A stretch of DNA of 64,000 nucleotides from positions 1-64,000 of the forward strand of contig JAUCBJ010007777.1 in the NCBI GenBank assembly GCA_032718475.1, read 5' to 3'. Numbering within the stretch: position 1 is the stretch's first letter; the number at the start of each line of letters is the position of its first letter. Below the pieces are notes generated by a model. It did no database searches. It was not told where the DNA came from and saw only the letters and a list, made by a program, of their open reading frames with translations. A program made the position numbers and the translations under genes. This DNA is from Nemertoderma westbladi. Lineage: Eukaryota; Animalia; Xenacoelomorpha. Positions 47,635 to 63,120 of this stretch are shown in pieces.

Positions 47635-48172
47635 TAACATTCTCGTTATGGGGGTTTTAAAGAGTGTTGATTACATTTCTGATGTCAGTTTTCACGTTTA
47701 CATAAATCTAGTCTGTCTGTCTGTCGGTCTTTCTGTCAGTCAGTCTGTCAAAACATAAAAGATAATTCAAATTAACTAACATTCTCGCTATGGGGGTTTT
47801 AAGGGGTGCTGATTTCATTTCTGATGTCAGTTTTCAGGTTTACATAAATCTAGTCTGTCTGTTTATCGGTCTTTCTGTCAGTCAGTCAGTCTGTCAAAAC
47901 TTAAAAAAGAATACAAACTAACTAACATTCTCGTTATGGGGTTTTAATGGGTGCTAATTTTATTTCAGATGTCAGTTTTCACGTTTAAAAAAAATCTAGT
48001 CTGTCTGGCTGTCGGTCTTTCTGTCAGTCAGTCTGTGAAAACTTAAGAAAGTATACTAACTAACCAACATTCTCGCTATGGGGGTTTTAAGGGTTGCTGA
48101 GTTCATTTTTGATGTCAGTTTACACGTTTACATAAATCTAGTCTGTCTGTCTGTCGGTCTCTCTGTCAGTCT
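47635..48172. repeat. About 140-bp tandem repeat, 4 copies
   Basis: Unit begins AACATTCTCGYTATGGGGGTTTTAA and ends in CTGT/CAGT microsatellites. Confidence 0.85.
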
Positions 48173-48429
48173 GAACTACTGTACTGTGGTTGGCATTACG
48201 CCATATACCTAACACTAATAATACAGTCTACAATACAGCCTATCTACAGTACAGAATGGATTTTTTGCCACGAAGAGCAATAAATGTCATTAATACTATC
48301 CACCAGTATACCTAGACCAAGAGCCTTCCAATAAAACATGTATTCCAGCATGACGTGCACTGCACGTCTTCGTGCTGTCCATTGTGACGTGCAGTGGACG
48401 TCATAGGCTCTAAGGGGTTAAGCAACACA

Positions 48430-48800
48430 GTCCCTACTTCGCCCTGTCGACACCCCAGCCATTTTTCACTAATCCTTTTTTAGAGTTTTTTAATTTTTTC
48501 GGTATTGGTGAAAGTTCTACAACATTAGTAGATATGTTTTTTATGATAGCTAGTGTTTTTTTGCTAGCTAGTATTTTTTTAAATTATAAAAAATGTGAAA
48601 GTCCATGATATTTCAGGTTAAACCTTTGAAGAATATATTAATGACCAAAATAATTTCCAAAAATTACTAGCTAGTAAAAAATACTAGCTATATACCATAA
48701 AAAATCTACTAAGTTTCTAGAACATTCACTAATATAAAAAAGCACTCAAAATCACAAAAAATAAAGGTTAAAAAACTCATTCGGGACTCTTTTGCTTAAG
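48430..48800. mobile_element. Diverged second copy of the 34201-34623 MITE
   Basis: Shares GTCCCTACTTCGCCCTGT.GACA.CCC.GCCATTTTT and the internal inverted arms. Confidence 0.7.
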
Positions 48801-51416
48801 GAGTCAAAATTGTAGAAAAAATTCCCGAAGTTTGCGACGTTTGCGAAATTCGCGAAGAATCCGTCAGTTTCTGTGCCCTAATGGTTTCGTGACGAAACAA
48901 TAAAATCTTACACACTTAACACACACGAACTAATTTAATGTGTGTATTAGTATGCCATGCCTGAATAATTAAATAGAAATTGAATTAATGAACGCTATTT
49001 CAACATGAAATCTACGGAATCAATACACAACACACGCACACTACTGAATTCAAAAATTTATATAGATTGCAACTTATATTTGGCTACCTTTTAATGGGTG
49101 ACTAATTTAATTATTCACCCCTATATATTTGTAGCCTTTTTAATTTGTGCCTCTAATTGAATCAAACATTAAACTATGTCACAATATTGGTCTGTCGGTA
49201 GCTGGTCACTGATTCTCTCATAAATTTGTTAATTAGTCGCTGCTCAGTCATTGAACATTTGAACACGTGCTGCTCGAAGACCCCACAACGTGTAATAAAT
49301 TAAACTTTAGCTAATCACAAACAGAGCTGTTCAGTATTATGAGAATAAAGTAATTATGAATAGGCCTAGTACATTTTCATTCGACGCTTATGCCTTATGG
49401 CTATCATCGCATGAATTTAATATTAGTTTTTTTTTATTGCTAATTAATAATAAATTATTGGGCAAATAGAGCATTATGCCCTATATCCTGCCCTTACAAT
49501 TACATGTTAGAAATATTGATTGACCTTGACTCCATGTTGAGATGATCTGCTACCCACACTGATCGAATACCAACCAGGAACACGCCAACACAGCTCCAAC
49601 TCCATCCACTGGACTTTGCACACTTAGTAAACGCAATAATTTTTATTGTCCGTTTAAATCCTTTTTTTGTCCTTTTTTTTTATTTTTTATGTCCTCCAAA
49701 AGTCTAACGTTAGGTTCCATGCTACCGGTTTCTCTACTCCTGTTCTCTCAGGCTATCAGTACCGGTATTCGTATATATAGTGTAAAAGCTTCTGTGGGAT
49801 CTAGCTGGCCCTTTTGCTTTGCGGTCCGAGTTCCCCCCAGGCGCTGGAATACTCTAAAAGGGCTTTCTAACTATATATATATTCCCCTCGCCCGCAAGGT
49901 ACCGTAATAGGTGTTTTAACGGACATAAAAGTCATTCTTCTAGATACGTGCTTTGGAGGACATGGTAAGGCAAAAAACCCGCAATACGGCAAATACTTTT
50001 ACACAGCCTAGCCGTGATGATTCATATTACGACATCTAACAGCTGGTTGCTGACATGGAAACGGCCATTGGACACATGGTTCTTTGTTTAGCTTGAGCCA
50101 ATCAGAGCGATTTTTTCTGTCGATGTGGAGATATTCGGCCGATCATGCTAGAGTGTTCAGTCTTACTGTTTTTTATGATACTGTTGTGTTGTTGGTATCT
50201 AGGCCAGGAACACCGGCTCTAGAGTTAATTCGTTTCATACTTTTAGAAGAAACATTAGTAGGCTTAAGATTATAGAGCGTATAACTGTTATCAGTTCATA
50301 TCATACCAGTTCAACTCATAGCGACTCAATCGGCACATACTGTTTTGTTATCTTAACCTACCGTCTTAATGCTGTTTACTGTTGTGTTTTAGTTGAATAT
50401 TATTTGGAGAACATTTATAAAGAACCCAAATTTCCCAATTTTCTTGATACACTACAGGTTAGAGAGACGGGTTATATATAGCGATTGCGACTTATATTAT
50501 TGTGTATGTAGTGAATTTAATGCTATTTGATAAGCACTACATTGGTCCGTTGCTGTTCTCTCTATATATGATAAAATTCATTGACGGTCGGCAAATTAGT
50601 GAGCAGTATTGTGTGTTACCGGTAGTGTGCATGATTGTGACTGATAACTAAGCATTTCCTAAAGAATGCGCCTCATACGTGAATCATAAGCCTTACCGAC
50701 TTACCGTTGTGATTAGTATAAGTCATATCTCCGTTTACCTAGATAGAGCGCCACGTCCTAAAGGAACTGTTAATATTTCCCGAAAGTGAATAATATTAGT
50801 CAGAAATTATTTATTAACGATCAATCGAATAATACAGTAGGCTTCACTGCAATAATAATCTAAGCCCTAAGAATCCAGCCCCCCGGGTATATCCAGCGGG
50901 TGAATGGATGCGCACTAGGCTGGCTTCTGCTAATGTTGTGTTTATTGGTATTAAATATTTGTCATCTTCTAAAGTATATTTATAAACCAAAAGACATATA
51001 AATTTTGGCAGGTTAAACTGCTAAAGGTCTTCCAAAAGCGCGTACAATAACAGTTATTGACTTTATTGCAGTAAACAATAAAGTTGAAAGTACCGGCCGA
51101 CCGGTAAACCTGAACCGGTACTTCTGTAGGTCAGTAGGCCCAACTGCCAGAACCGGCACTGCTGTAGGTCCGTAGGTCCAACTGCCAGAACCGGTACTTC
51201 TGTAGGTCCGTAGGCCCAACTGTCCTAACCGGTACTTCCAGTATAAGTACATTAGTATTATTCGATTTGATTATTGCATACCGGTAGGCTGTTTAAGAGA
51301 TTAGGGACTGTACACCCCTTGTTTCTTTTGGAGCTTACTTATTTCTGTCAGTTTTATTTCCTAGTAAGTTAATATTGAGCTGAAGACGTGTAAGTCTGCT
51401 CAGATTGTACAGATAA

Positions 51417-51975
51417 TTGTAGGCCGGACTGTTGTCGGATTGTTGTTGGGTTTGGAGAGATTACGGCGTGTGTAGAGTTTGTCCGATAGAGTGCCGTTAG
51501 TAAGTTGGGGCAGCCATAGCTGTAAGGTCAATCCCCTCTTAAAGAATAAGTCGTACTACCGTGTTAGAACGCATACTAACTAACCGTTTTGGAATCTGCA
51601 CATACTGTAGTTTATTTAGGCTTGACAGTATTCTGCCAGCGTTTTGGCCTGTGTTTGTTTGTGTGGTCTGTTCAGGTACCGTAATAGTTATTACTCAGAT
51701 ATTTGTAGGCTGGATTGTTGTCTAGCTATTATTAGGTCTGAAGAGATTGCTGCGTGTGTAGAGTTTGTCTGATAAAGTGCCGTTAGTAAGTTGGGGCAGC
51801 CATAGCTGTAAGGTCAATCCCCTCTTAAAGAATAAGTCGTACTACCGTGTTAGAACGCATACTAACTAACCATTTCAGAATCTACACGTACGGTAGTTTA
51901 TTTAGGCTTGGTGGTAGTCTGCCAGCGTTTTGGTTTGTATTTGTTTGAGTATTCTGTACGGGTAGCGTAATATTT
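51417..51975 (+). repeat. About 286-bp tandem duplication upstream of gag
   Basis: GTGCCGTTAGTAAGTTGGGGCAGCC...ACTAACTAACC occurs twice (about 51490 and about 51776). Confidence 0.85.
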
Positions 51976-53274
51976 ATTATTCAGAGTTTATGCGATTATT
52001 CGCAACATTCATGTCCCCAAGTTTATTCCTACAGTAATTGTGCTTGTTATACATACCGTTATAGTTAAATTAACCCCGGTACTACACGGGCTGCTTGGCG
52101 TAGGAAAAGACTGGTGACTTTGTGCTTCGGTCACTCCAGCGGATGCCGTGGTTCTTTTAACTGTTCAAGTATATTTAACTACTGATTATTTGTTGTACCA
52201 GTACTTGTACCTAATTTAGGGTTTAGTGTACAGTGCTTTCCGAAAGTAATTAGTGTGTAGGCAGTATATTTGTGTTGTAAAGTGGTTAATAGGCACGCTG
52301 GATCTGGTAGTCCGCGGTAATTAACTTCTAGGTAGGAACACTCCGTGATACATAACGTAGTACCTATAGCGATACGGTTATAGGTCGTCAGGCGGTGGTA
52401 TTTTCCTATCTGGACAGTGCAATATATTTACTACTACTTATTATTTTCAAATACCGTAGTACCCTGTCTGTTGTAATAACCAGAATTCTAACCCTTTGTT
52501 AGACTGGTTTGTAGTTTCCCTGTAAAATTACCCTAAAATTTCGTACGTAATATATTTTTGTTGTGTTTAATTAGAGAATTAATCTCACCCATATCGTAAG
52601 TAATTTGTAGTATTAAGTAACTTAAGTAAATTAGAATTATCAGTTTTAGTGTCAAATAAATAGCACTTCACTGAGAGCGCACAGCTTCTGTGTAGTGACA
52701 CCCCAGAAATAATAACATTTATTTCAAATATTGACAAACCCCTTTTAAACGGGTATATATCTATTATAAATCAACTCAAACGATTTATAAATAGTAGGCC
52801 TGCCATACAATAACTAGGTCTCAATATCAGTTGGACTACTGCTTAAATAACGGTAATAAAGTAAGTTAAAGTAACCAAGTAACCCTAAAATATTCAGAAA
52901 TTCAATTATTCTACAATAATTGACATACCGGTATTTACCATAGGCTTATTATATTTATTTCTATAAATTTGAGCTGAAATTATACCGGTACTCTGTAATT
53001 AATTCTAGTTCATAATTATACTTATATATACTATCAGTGTAATCTATACCGGTATTCACGATAGGCCTATTATATATTTATATATATTTGTGCTAAATTA
53101 TATACCGGTACTCTGTGACAAACCTAGTTTACAATACTTATATATACTATAAGTGTATACCGGTATTCTAATATACTGTAATAAATTAACGGTACTAGGC
53201 CAACGGTCATACTGAATTACTAGACTTGCTTTAACTGAAACTATAGCAGTAGACATTCAACTGTATAGCTAAAC

Positions 53275-56200
53275 ATGTCTGACACTCGGCAAAACCTGTC
53301 AGACAGTCTAATCGATACAACCATCTGTGACACAGATAGGAGTGTGGAGCGATTAAGAAAGGAGTTCAGTTCACCTCCTACTGCAAGAAAGGTTATCCCT
53401 CCAGTAGTATCAGACCCTAGGCTAATCCACCATAGGTCCATCATAGGCACTCGGGCCCAGGTCAAATGGAACCAAGAGGCAGCTGTCTTATCGCAGCAAC
53501 ATCTTGGTCAAGAACCTAGTTCCCAGCGACCCGATAGCTCCAGTAGTTCGGATACTGTAGAGCTGAACCCCGAACGCGGAGTGCAGATGGCGGCTACAGC
53601 ATACTCGGACCCCCTTCTCACCCTTCCTGCCGCAGTGCTAACTACTATATTGATTGCGGTGGAGGAACATCAAGCCAACTGGTCGAGAAATAAGCGAGCG
53701 ACCCAAGATAATTATGCGGGATACGCCAGGGAAGAATTGATGTCTATTGTCGAGTCACAATGGAACTTTCCCGGACCCGGACTCCCGTTAGATCTGTCCG
53801 AAGCTACTTGGGAAGACATACATAGGATGGGAGTGACTAAAGATACGATGGATCCAGCTGTTTGGAAGAGGTCGGCAGCAGGATATGTGCAGGGATTCTT
53901 CGGCTCCTTAGAGCGATTAGAAGAACAACTGTTTCGACAATCCCAAGGACCTCAAGAGCAGGAAGAACTGCTATATCAAGTACGCGAAAGAACCCTACGC
54001 ATTCGACTAATCCTATCAGCTTTTGAGGAAACTTCCAAAAGAAGACAGGACACGTCGCTGCAGGTTGCTGTCAAGACTTGGTTCCAGCGGGTAGGTCTCA
54101 AAGTTCAGGAAACGGCCCAGTGGAAATCCCAGCTGGCTGAGAGACCAACCTATGAAGAACCAACCGATGCCACCCTTTCTCAAGCGGAAAGTGAAGTGAC
54201 AGCAGAGAGACCGCGAACTAGAGACGCTATCGACATTTATCTGTCCGACTATCAGCGATTCCTAGGAGACGAAGAGTTGAGGAGACGGCTGTCTGGACTT
54301 TCCCCTAATAGTGAAGGAACCAAGCTTGTGTTGGATTCAATCGATGCGGAAATGTTAGCTGCAAACCAAGCTGAATTTGATGAAAAACTCCGCCTCGCTA
54401 GAGTCCGAGAAGAACAAATAAAGAAAAAACGGATAGAGGAAAGAAAGGCAGCAGCAGTAACGGCGGCAGAAGCAGAAGCAGAAAGAAAAGAAGCAGAAGC
54501 AGAAAGAAAGGAAGCAGAAGCAGAAAGAAAAGCAGCGGCGGCAGAAGCAGAAGCAGAAAGAAAAGCAGCGGCGGCAGAAGCAGAAGCAGAAAGAAAAGCA
54601 GCAGTGGCAGAAGAAGAACGGAGAGCGTCTGAGGAGACTATCCAACTGGAGTTGGAAAATTTACAAGAGACGCAAGACCACATAAATAAACAGTTAACTG
54701 CTAGTCAAATGCAGATGATGAGAAAATCTACTCCCAAGCGCCAGGGATACACATCCTCAGAGGAAGGCGAGACCACCGATCCTGAAGGCGGAGGAAATAG
54801 ATCTCATCTAAGCAGGCGTAGAAAAACATCTTACCGTCACAAATTGCCTGATTTGCCCCCAGCTGTTAGAAGACAACTAGCTAGCACAGACTTGAGTAGT
54901 ATAGAACCTACAGACCAAATTATTAAGGTCAAAAGACTCCCTACTATAGTTGATGAGCCTGAAATAATTAGGCCTGTCGTTCCCAAAGTCACCCCTGTGT
55001 TAGAGACCCCTGTACTTCCAGAGCTTAACTCTAAATTCCCTTTACATAGTACTACACTGCCTGTACCCGGTAGAACAGTCAATGAGAATATCCCTGTCCT
55101 GATAGCTGAGAGAGAAATCAAAGATTTGTCTCCCGTCGTCCCACGTCAGGTCGTCAGCCCGCTACAATGTTGGCGACTCCCGCTTCGGCGGTCGAGTGGG
55201 TAGAGGAGGGACGGCGGGGGATGAATCTCCTGCTCGGACAGATGCAGGAGACTGTCCACCAACTTAAGGGAACAGTAAGGGAAGGTAGAGCAGAGTTGCA
55301 AGAAGTGCAGCAAAGTATCGCACTAGAACGCGACAAATTAGTCAACATACAAAAGGGCATACCAATACCCCCAGTAACATTGTGTCAACCTGTTAGGTCT
55401 GAAGTATTACATGCGCAAGGTGTGGAGCCTACACGCATCTATACTGCTAGTGAAGTAGAAACTCCTATAGCAAACCCTATTAAGGGTGATTATGGACCTG
55501 TTGTCAATGATATTCCCTATAGACCTGATAATGATCCGAGAAATTTATATACCGATAATTCGATATTAAATAACACGATGGCCCAAGAAAGCTTTACGCG
55601 TCAGATGGCTAGAACAGAAGCCCGCCAAGCGGTCAAAGTGGGAGAGATCGTCAAATTCAATGGAGATGAGATGAAGTGGTTACCTTTCAACGAATATTAC
55701 AAAGACAGCATACAGAACTCTGTGCTATCTAACGGAGAGAAACTTAGGTTCCTCATCAAGTGTTTGGAAGGACCTCCCAAGTTAATGGCATTAAAGTTTA
55801 TTGGACATCCAGAAGGATTAAGACAAGTTTGGGATACATTAAACATCAGGTATGGTAACAAGGATAACATAGCTAAGTATTTGTATGCAAAATTAGTAGC
55901 CCCCCGACACTTCCTTAGTAGCGGGATTATAGAGTTTTCCGATGAGATTCAAGAGATCTGTATACAACTGGACTGGTTAGGTAAGTCGCATGAATATCAG
56001 AGTTCCATGGTTATTGGAGCCGTAGTCTCTACTTTACCAAAGGATGGCGTATGTACACGCTGGGACAAGAAAGTGTTGTACATGAATGAACAACAACGAC
56101 GAAGTCCTACCATGGCTGATCTCATGTCCTTCTTAGATGGTGAAGTAAAACTACAACTCATCAAGCAGTCCAGAGAGAAAACATCGGAAAATAAGGTAAG

Positions 56201-59200
56201 TGAAAAACCCGCTTCTAGGAGAAGGGTAACACCGGTGTGTTACACTGACGACGGCGAAAGCCAAGCTTCTCAAGAAGAGGACAGCGGGAAAGACACCGAG
56301 CGATCTTACTATATTGACAAAACCTCAAAAGATGTAAGTAAATACAAAGCTCGAAACAACGATAGGAGAGAACAGGTTGCCAAGACCCCTCCTCAGTCTC
56401 CTAACAGAATGCACCGAAGAAAACCCGAAGAAAAAACGAGAGTGCATCAAGTTACCCAAGGTAAAGTGAGTAACATAAAACCTAACTGTGCGCTGTGCGA
56501 CGGGACCCACCGTTTGAGTGCGTGTGCTGAATTTCTAAAGAAATCCCTTATAGACAGACGTACAGTCGTGTGGGACAAGCGGTTATGCTATAATTGCCTC
56601 AGACCAGGACACCAACGGCGAACCTGTTACTCCGACATAAAGTGTGCAAAGTGTAGCGCGAAACATCACATCTTGTTACACAGTGAGTTCGAACGAGACA
56701 AACAGAGTCAGGTAAGTGAGCCCGAACTACATGTCCAATTCAGTGATGTGAACGACACTGATCAAGAATCTGAGATGGAAGGATTCTATACTGACGAATT
56801 CTCCGACGCCAATGAATCCTGTTATCTAATCAATACCGCAGTGTATCGAGCACTTACTTATGAAAAGGACACCAACAATGAGTTTTCCCCAACTACTTTT
56901 GCCAAACAACCCTCTTGGAAAGCTCCAACTTCCAATGTAGGAATCAGAGAATTTCCTGTAGTGCAGGTAAGAGTTCACGGTCTTAACAAAAGTTACATAG
57001 TGAACGCCCTCCTTGACTCCGGCAGCACAGGAACATTCATCGATCAAGAATTAGCCGAGGATATCTTTGCTGGACAACCCAAATTCCGGACTAAATTGAA
57101 TATGTCAGGAATTATGCAGGTTTGGAAATCTACCCTAACGGCAGATTACTATGTAGGTGTGTTGTCCACCCCCCAGGATAAGTTAGGAACACAAGGTATA
57201 AGGTCGGTAAAAATGGTGGCTATAAAGAACTTCGCCACTACTCAAGCAGACCTTTATAATTGGGACGAGGATGAGAGCATCCAACATCTTAAGATACCTC
57301 GATTCCAGACAGATTATCCTGGAGTGCAAATACTCATCGGCCAAAACGCGCACGAGGCGCTCGAGACATTGGAGAAACGGCCTGCTCAACCACAGCCACT
57401 GCAAACCTATGCGGTAAGAACTAGAGTAGGTTGGTACTTTACTGGCCCTTCCCGCAGGACTCTCGCAGAGAGAATGCCACAAGAACAAACATACCAGGTA
57501 AACGATTGGGAAGTAGAGAGCAGTGAGGTGGACGAACAAACTGAGGGAACACCATACTCCTCAGATAATGACGACATCTACCAACTCTTCGATGAAGAGA
57601 ACACAATCGACCTACTTACAGAAAACCAAACCTGGAAAAATCAGGTGAACCTATGTCAACTGATTCGCCCATCGGAACCCATCGCTTACAATGACGAACT
57701 AAACGATGAGATAGAGCGTTACAACGCTAGAACTCGGGACGAACTAGCTGTACGGTTCTTTACTCAGGAACTAGTGGAGCCCAATTCATATGATAAGGCT
57801 CTATCGATAGAAGAAGAGAGAGCCAAGCAAATCCAGGAAACCACTACACGTTTTTTAAAAGAACAAGGTCGATATGAAATCGGCCTACCATTTCGAAAAC
57901 GAGAACCTAGATTTATAAATAACAGACCCTTGGCAGAGAAAAGAATCGATCAATTACATTGACGCCTTACAGCTAATGCTTCAGCGAAAGAAATGTACCA
58001 AACTCAGCTGAAGAAATTTATAACAAAGGGATACGCGGAGAGAGTACCGGAAGGAACACCAGTGACTGAGAGAACGTATTACTTAACACATCATTACGTT
58101 CCCAAACCCGGTAAACCACACGAAGTACGAGTCGTATTCGATGGCTCCGCACTATATATGGGCCAATCCCTCAATTCAGAGTTGTTATCAGGACCCAACT
58201 TACTCCAATCTTTGTTGGGAATACTTTTAAGATTAAGACAATATTCCATCGCATTCGCCTCCGATATAGAAGGAATGTTCTTACAAGTCAAGGTGCTGGA
58301 TAGAGATAGAGACAGCCTGAGATTTCTGTGGTGGCCTGAAGGAGACCTCAACCAGAAACCGGTAGAGTACTGGATGACCATCCAGGCTTTCGGGATCATA
58401 TCAAGCCCTTCCAACGCCTGCTCCGTGGTTCGGACCACTGCGAATGACAACCGGGACGCCTTCTCAAAAGAGGTGATAGACAACATAAAACGTAATATAT
58501 ACATGGACGACAATTTAAGGTCCCTTCCATCAGTAGAAGAAGCCATAGCTGTCGCGAAAGGAACGGTAGAGTGTTTAAAAAGAGGTGGATTTCGACTGAC
58601 GAAATTCACTAGCAACTCCCGTGAGTTTCTGGAAGCCATACCGGTAGAAGACCGAGGAGCGAAAGACCTAGACTTAATAAAGGACGAGCTTCCTGAAACC
58701 AAGACACTAGGCTTGAAGTGGGACACTGAAAGAGACATCCTGTTTTTTCAGTTAAAACAGCGAGATAATCCAGTCCGGACCAAACGGATTTGTTTAAGTA
58801 TCCTGAGCACTTATTTCGACCCATTGGGATTTATTAGCCCGGTTATATTGATTGCTCGGAGTTTAGTACAACAAATGTGGCTTGAAAACCACTCATGGGA
58901 CGATCCGCTTAAGGGAGAATTGTTAAAGAAATGGATGAAATGGGAAGATTCTCTACCTGCCATCGAGAACTTTATAATTTCCCGTGCATATTTTGGCCAT
59001 GTTCTTCCTACGTATTCCTATCAACTCCATGTGTTTGGAGACGCTAGCGACATGGGAATAGGTATAGTTGCATATCTGCGAGTCGAAACTCCGGATGGAA
59101 TCAAAGTCGCCTTGGTTACATCTAAGGCATTGATTAACAACAAGTTAAAGGTTCCTCGAGCGGAGTTAAAGGCGGCTTTATACGCTACAGCCATCGGCCG

Positions 59201-61385
59201 GAACGTAACGGAACAAATCGACTATCCACTGGAGAAAACGGTTTATTGGACCGACGCTTTACTCGTGTTGGAGTATCTAACCAATGAAGTCTGTCAGTTC
59301 AGTGTTTTTGTTACTAACAGAGTAGCTATTATTCTTAGTCGCACAAAGATAGATCAATGGAGACATTGCCCTGGTACGATTAATCCAGCCGATATCGCCT
59401 CCAGGGGAGCAACTCCACAGGAACTGATAGATACTCCAGATTGGTTGGGTGGACCCGACTTCCTGAGCAAGGAAGAGGATGAATGGCCCCCTCACCTTAC
59501 TACGGCGGAAATTAGACAAGCCAAGGGAGCGGAGACAGTTAAACCTAAAACCCGGGCGAGTAAATCGAAGTTATTTAAACCGACTATCGATCTATCTGTA
59601 TTACATGCTTCCGGAAACGATGCTTCGGATCCACAATCCCTCGCCACAAATAAATCTGTTGTGGAAATTAGAGATAGAGATTGGAAATCTGGAATACCAG
59701 ACGTCTCGCAAGGAATCTCACCCCTGCTGCAGAGAGCAATGCATCACTACAGTTCCTGGAATCGGCTCTGTAAAGCCGTCACATATTTAAGGAGATGTTT
59801 TCATCATCACTACTCCAGGATGAAGACCATTAGTGATACCGCTCCATTGACATCTGCGCAAGTTCATGTTATTAAAGATCTACCAAAGTATAAGATATCC
59901 GACCGGTTTCTAAAGGAGAAACTTAGCTACCAGGAGCATGAAGAAACTAATAAGCAGATACTGAGACTCCTGCAATGCTATGAGGATTCCGAAAAGTATT
60001 TCCTGTTGTTGAGAAATCCGCAGATGCGCTTAAGGGATCGATTCTCGAGCACAATGATAGATGGGTTAATACGTGTTGGAGGAAGACTCACCAATGCGCC
60101 ATTATCCTTTGACACTAAATTCCCCATACTCATTAGAAATCTTGAAGTACAAATCAAGATGATTGTAGATGTTCACAGTAAACTTTATCATGCTGGTAGA
60201 GAACGAGTTCTTAGCGAAATTCGAACTCGCTATTACTTTCATAAACCTCGTAGAGCTCTGAACCAAGTTCTTAGAAACTGCATACCCTGTAGGAAAGCAT
60301 TCAGTAGGCCTTTAACACAGCGAGAGGCAGAATTACCTAGGGAACGAGTAAGCTTCTATGAACCACCTTTTACTAATACTGGTGTAGATTTATTTGGCCC
60401 TATTGAAGTATATCGTGCTAGGACTATAGTCAAGAGATGGTGTGTCATCTTCGTGTGCATGACTTGTAGAGCCATCCATCTCGATATGGTGAACGATCTA
60501 TCTACCAACAGCTTCGTCTTAAGTTTACGACGACAGATCGCTCGCTTCGGGACGAGTAATACCATGAGATCGGATAAGGGAACGAACTTCATTGGTGCCA
60601 ACAACGAAATACAGGCTTACGTGAAGGACTGGAACCAAAGACAGGTGGACGACCAGCTAAGGATAACAGCGTCTAGCTGGACCTTCAACGCCGCCGACGC
60701 CCCTTGGTGGGGAGGAAGTTGGGAGAGATTAATTCGAAGTGTCAAAACCGCATTTCACTTTATAGTGCCATGCCGCGCGTATCTCACCGACGAACTTTTG
60801 CGGACATTAATGGAGGAAATCGCTGCCTATCTCAACGAGAGACCGCTTATGCCAGTCTCATCGAGTCCCGATTCCCTGGAAGCGCTAACACCCGCGCACT
60901 TCCTACTGAAGAAACCTGTAGCCATGCTCCCACGATCGGAGATTGCCGACGGAGACGAATACTGCCGTCGAACTTGGCAACTTATGCAGTTGCTATCCCG
61001 TCGTTTCGCTGACCATTTCGAGAAACATTATCTGCCCACGCTACAACTTCGAACTAAGTGGTTTGCGCAGCAAGAAAACGTCAGCGCCGGAGATATGGTG
61101 CTTATTGTAGATCCAGACCTCCCACGTAAACGGTGGCAGACAGGTCGTATCATCGAGACCCACATCTCGGATGATGGTTTAGTACGCTCGGTAGAACTCG
61201 TCGTCATGCGGCGTAACTTCAAGAAGCCAGGCATAATCTTTGAGACGCAACAACTCAATCGCCCAGTTGGTCGTTTATGTTTACTGGAAAGAGACAGAGA
61301 ACTCTCCGGAAACTATGGAAGGCAAGACACTCTTCCCACGACCACCTCCCTAATTCCTCAAACATCTAGGGACTCCCTCACGTGA
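53275..61385 (+). pseudogene. BEL/Pao gag-pol with one frameshift (about 55160) and one in-frame TGA (57960-57962)
   Basis: Gag knuckles CYNCLRPGH and CAKCSAKHHILLH; PR LLDSGS; RT RVVFD..DIEGMFLQV..YMDD; RH VFGDAS..PRAEL..WTD..NPAD; IN GVDLFGP..SDKGTNF..WERL. ORFs 55167 and 57993 share a frame. Confidence 0.93.
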
Positions 61386-63120
61386 TACGTCTGGAGTGGG
61401 TGTATGACTATATTGTTTTATCTATTTTATTATATTTTTATATGCGAACTTTATTATGTATTTTATTATAATCGTTTTTATTCAATTTTATTTAGTAGAA
61501 TGATATTTTAGTGATTATTTAGTAGATTAGTGCAATATATTAGTGTTTATTACGTACGTAATTACCTATAATATATATTTAGTGCGACGGCGAGAAATAA
61601 TTTTTTCTCTTTCCTTACTGTCCGTATCATATTGTAAATACGTGGCTACAGTAAGATGAAATGTCCGTACTTCTTAAAGTACAATAAAGCCACTACTATA
61701 TTCAAGTATTATTGGTAGGCAGAGTATTAGGAATGCAAAGTTCAGATCCTCGTGTCTCGGCTAAACCAAGCTCTGGGTAGACCTTGGAAACGACTTGCCT
61801 CTTCACACTGACATTGCTTCGTGTGATATTGCTCTTCTACCTTATATTAAATAATACATATAGTAGCGTGATGTCCATATAACAGTAGCGTAAAACGCAA
61901 ATAAATCTGTTAAACTTTTTGACCATCTGTAATTCTAGTCGATTAAGATATCGCGGCACCCACCGATATACTTGAAAGACAAATTCTAGAATCAGTGGTT
62001 AACGTCCCCAGACAAGCTCTGGAATAAATCGGTGCCCATCTTAAATATTAATTAATATTTATTAAAATTTGTAAAATTCAGATCCTTTAAAATTTCTAGT
62101 CAATTAAGATATCGCAGCACTTACCGATACTCTTAAAAGACAAATTTCATAGAATTAAGGATCATATGTCCCCAGACCTGCTCTGGAATCAAATTGTGTC
62201 AATTTTAACATCAAATAATAAAAATTCACGGGAATAAATTTAAATTCATATTTTTGAATTTCATAAATTGTCATTTTGTACAATTTATAACATTCCCAAA
62301 ATTCCATTAATTAATAGATCATGGGAGCGGAGATTCATCCTATTGAGTGTATTAGAGTGCGAGAATCTCCAACATATAGTCAATAGCCGATAAAATAATA
62401 AAATCATGCATAAAGAGAATATTGACAATTAAAGAATTATTATTAAATAGCATCCCAGATCTGTATGCATGAGAATTACCCTAATTCTACCGCTAGCATT
62501 CCATAATGTCACCATAGCAACACCCACGCTAGAATTAGAAGCAAGTTAAAAGAACAATAGAAAGCTTGTCCCCTTGCCTAGCATAGAGAACACATAGCAC
62601 ACTGTTAGTATCCAAGGATACACAGTAATAACGTGACATTCTGGAAGGCACTGACTAACGGACAAATGGCCTGTATGTGTGCTGTTAGCGACAGTTGTGT
62701 GGAATTTGTGCGTTTATAGGTGAATGTTACTGCTAAAGTATGTTTACAGTAGCTAGTCGCAATTGTAAAAATAGCCTAACTCTCCTATAGAAAGAACCTA
62801 AGTGGATCCAAGCCTTTGGGACGGACAGTGGAGTGACTTGTGCCGGTTATCGTTGTCGTGCTGTTGCTACATGTTGGCGTAAACACCGCGACGACGGTAC
62901 ATCGGCGCTGAGAATCCCACTGTCCGGGGGCAAAGAAAGGTAGGCAGCGACGCCCGCTCGCCTAAATATAAACTTATTTGATATTAATAAACTCAGATAG
63001 CAGATATGACGGAGTTGATCGAAGATGATCTTGGTATTAGGGAGCAATATACCCTACCTTTACAAGCATTTGTGGATAGCTTGATACGCGGTGAAGCCGA
63101 TCCAACCATTACGGAGGACG

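Noticed and set aside
49505-53274. Self-priming or tRNA PBS for the third element
   Set aside because: The LTR end cannot be defined without the 3' LTR, and only 8-nt complementary matches were seen, which is within chance.
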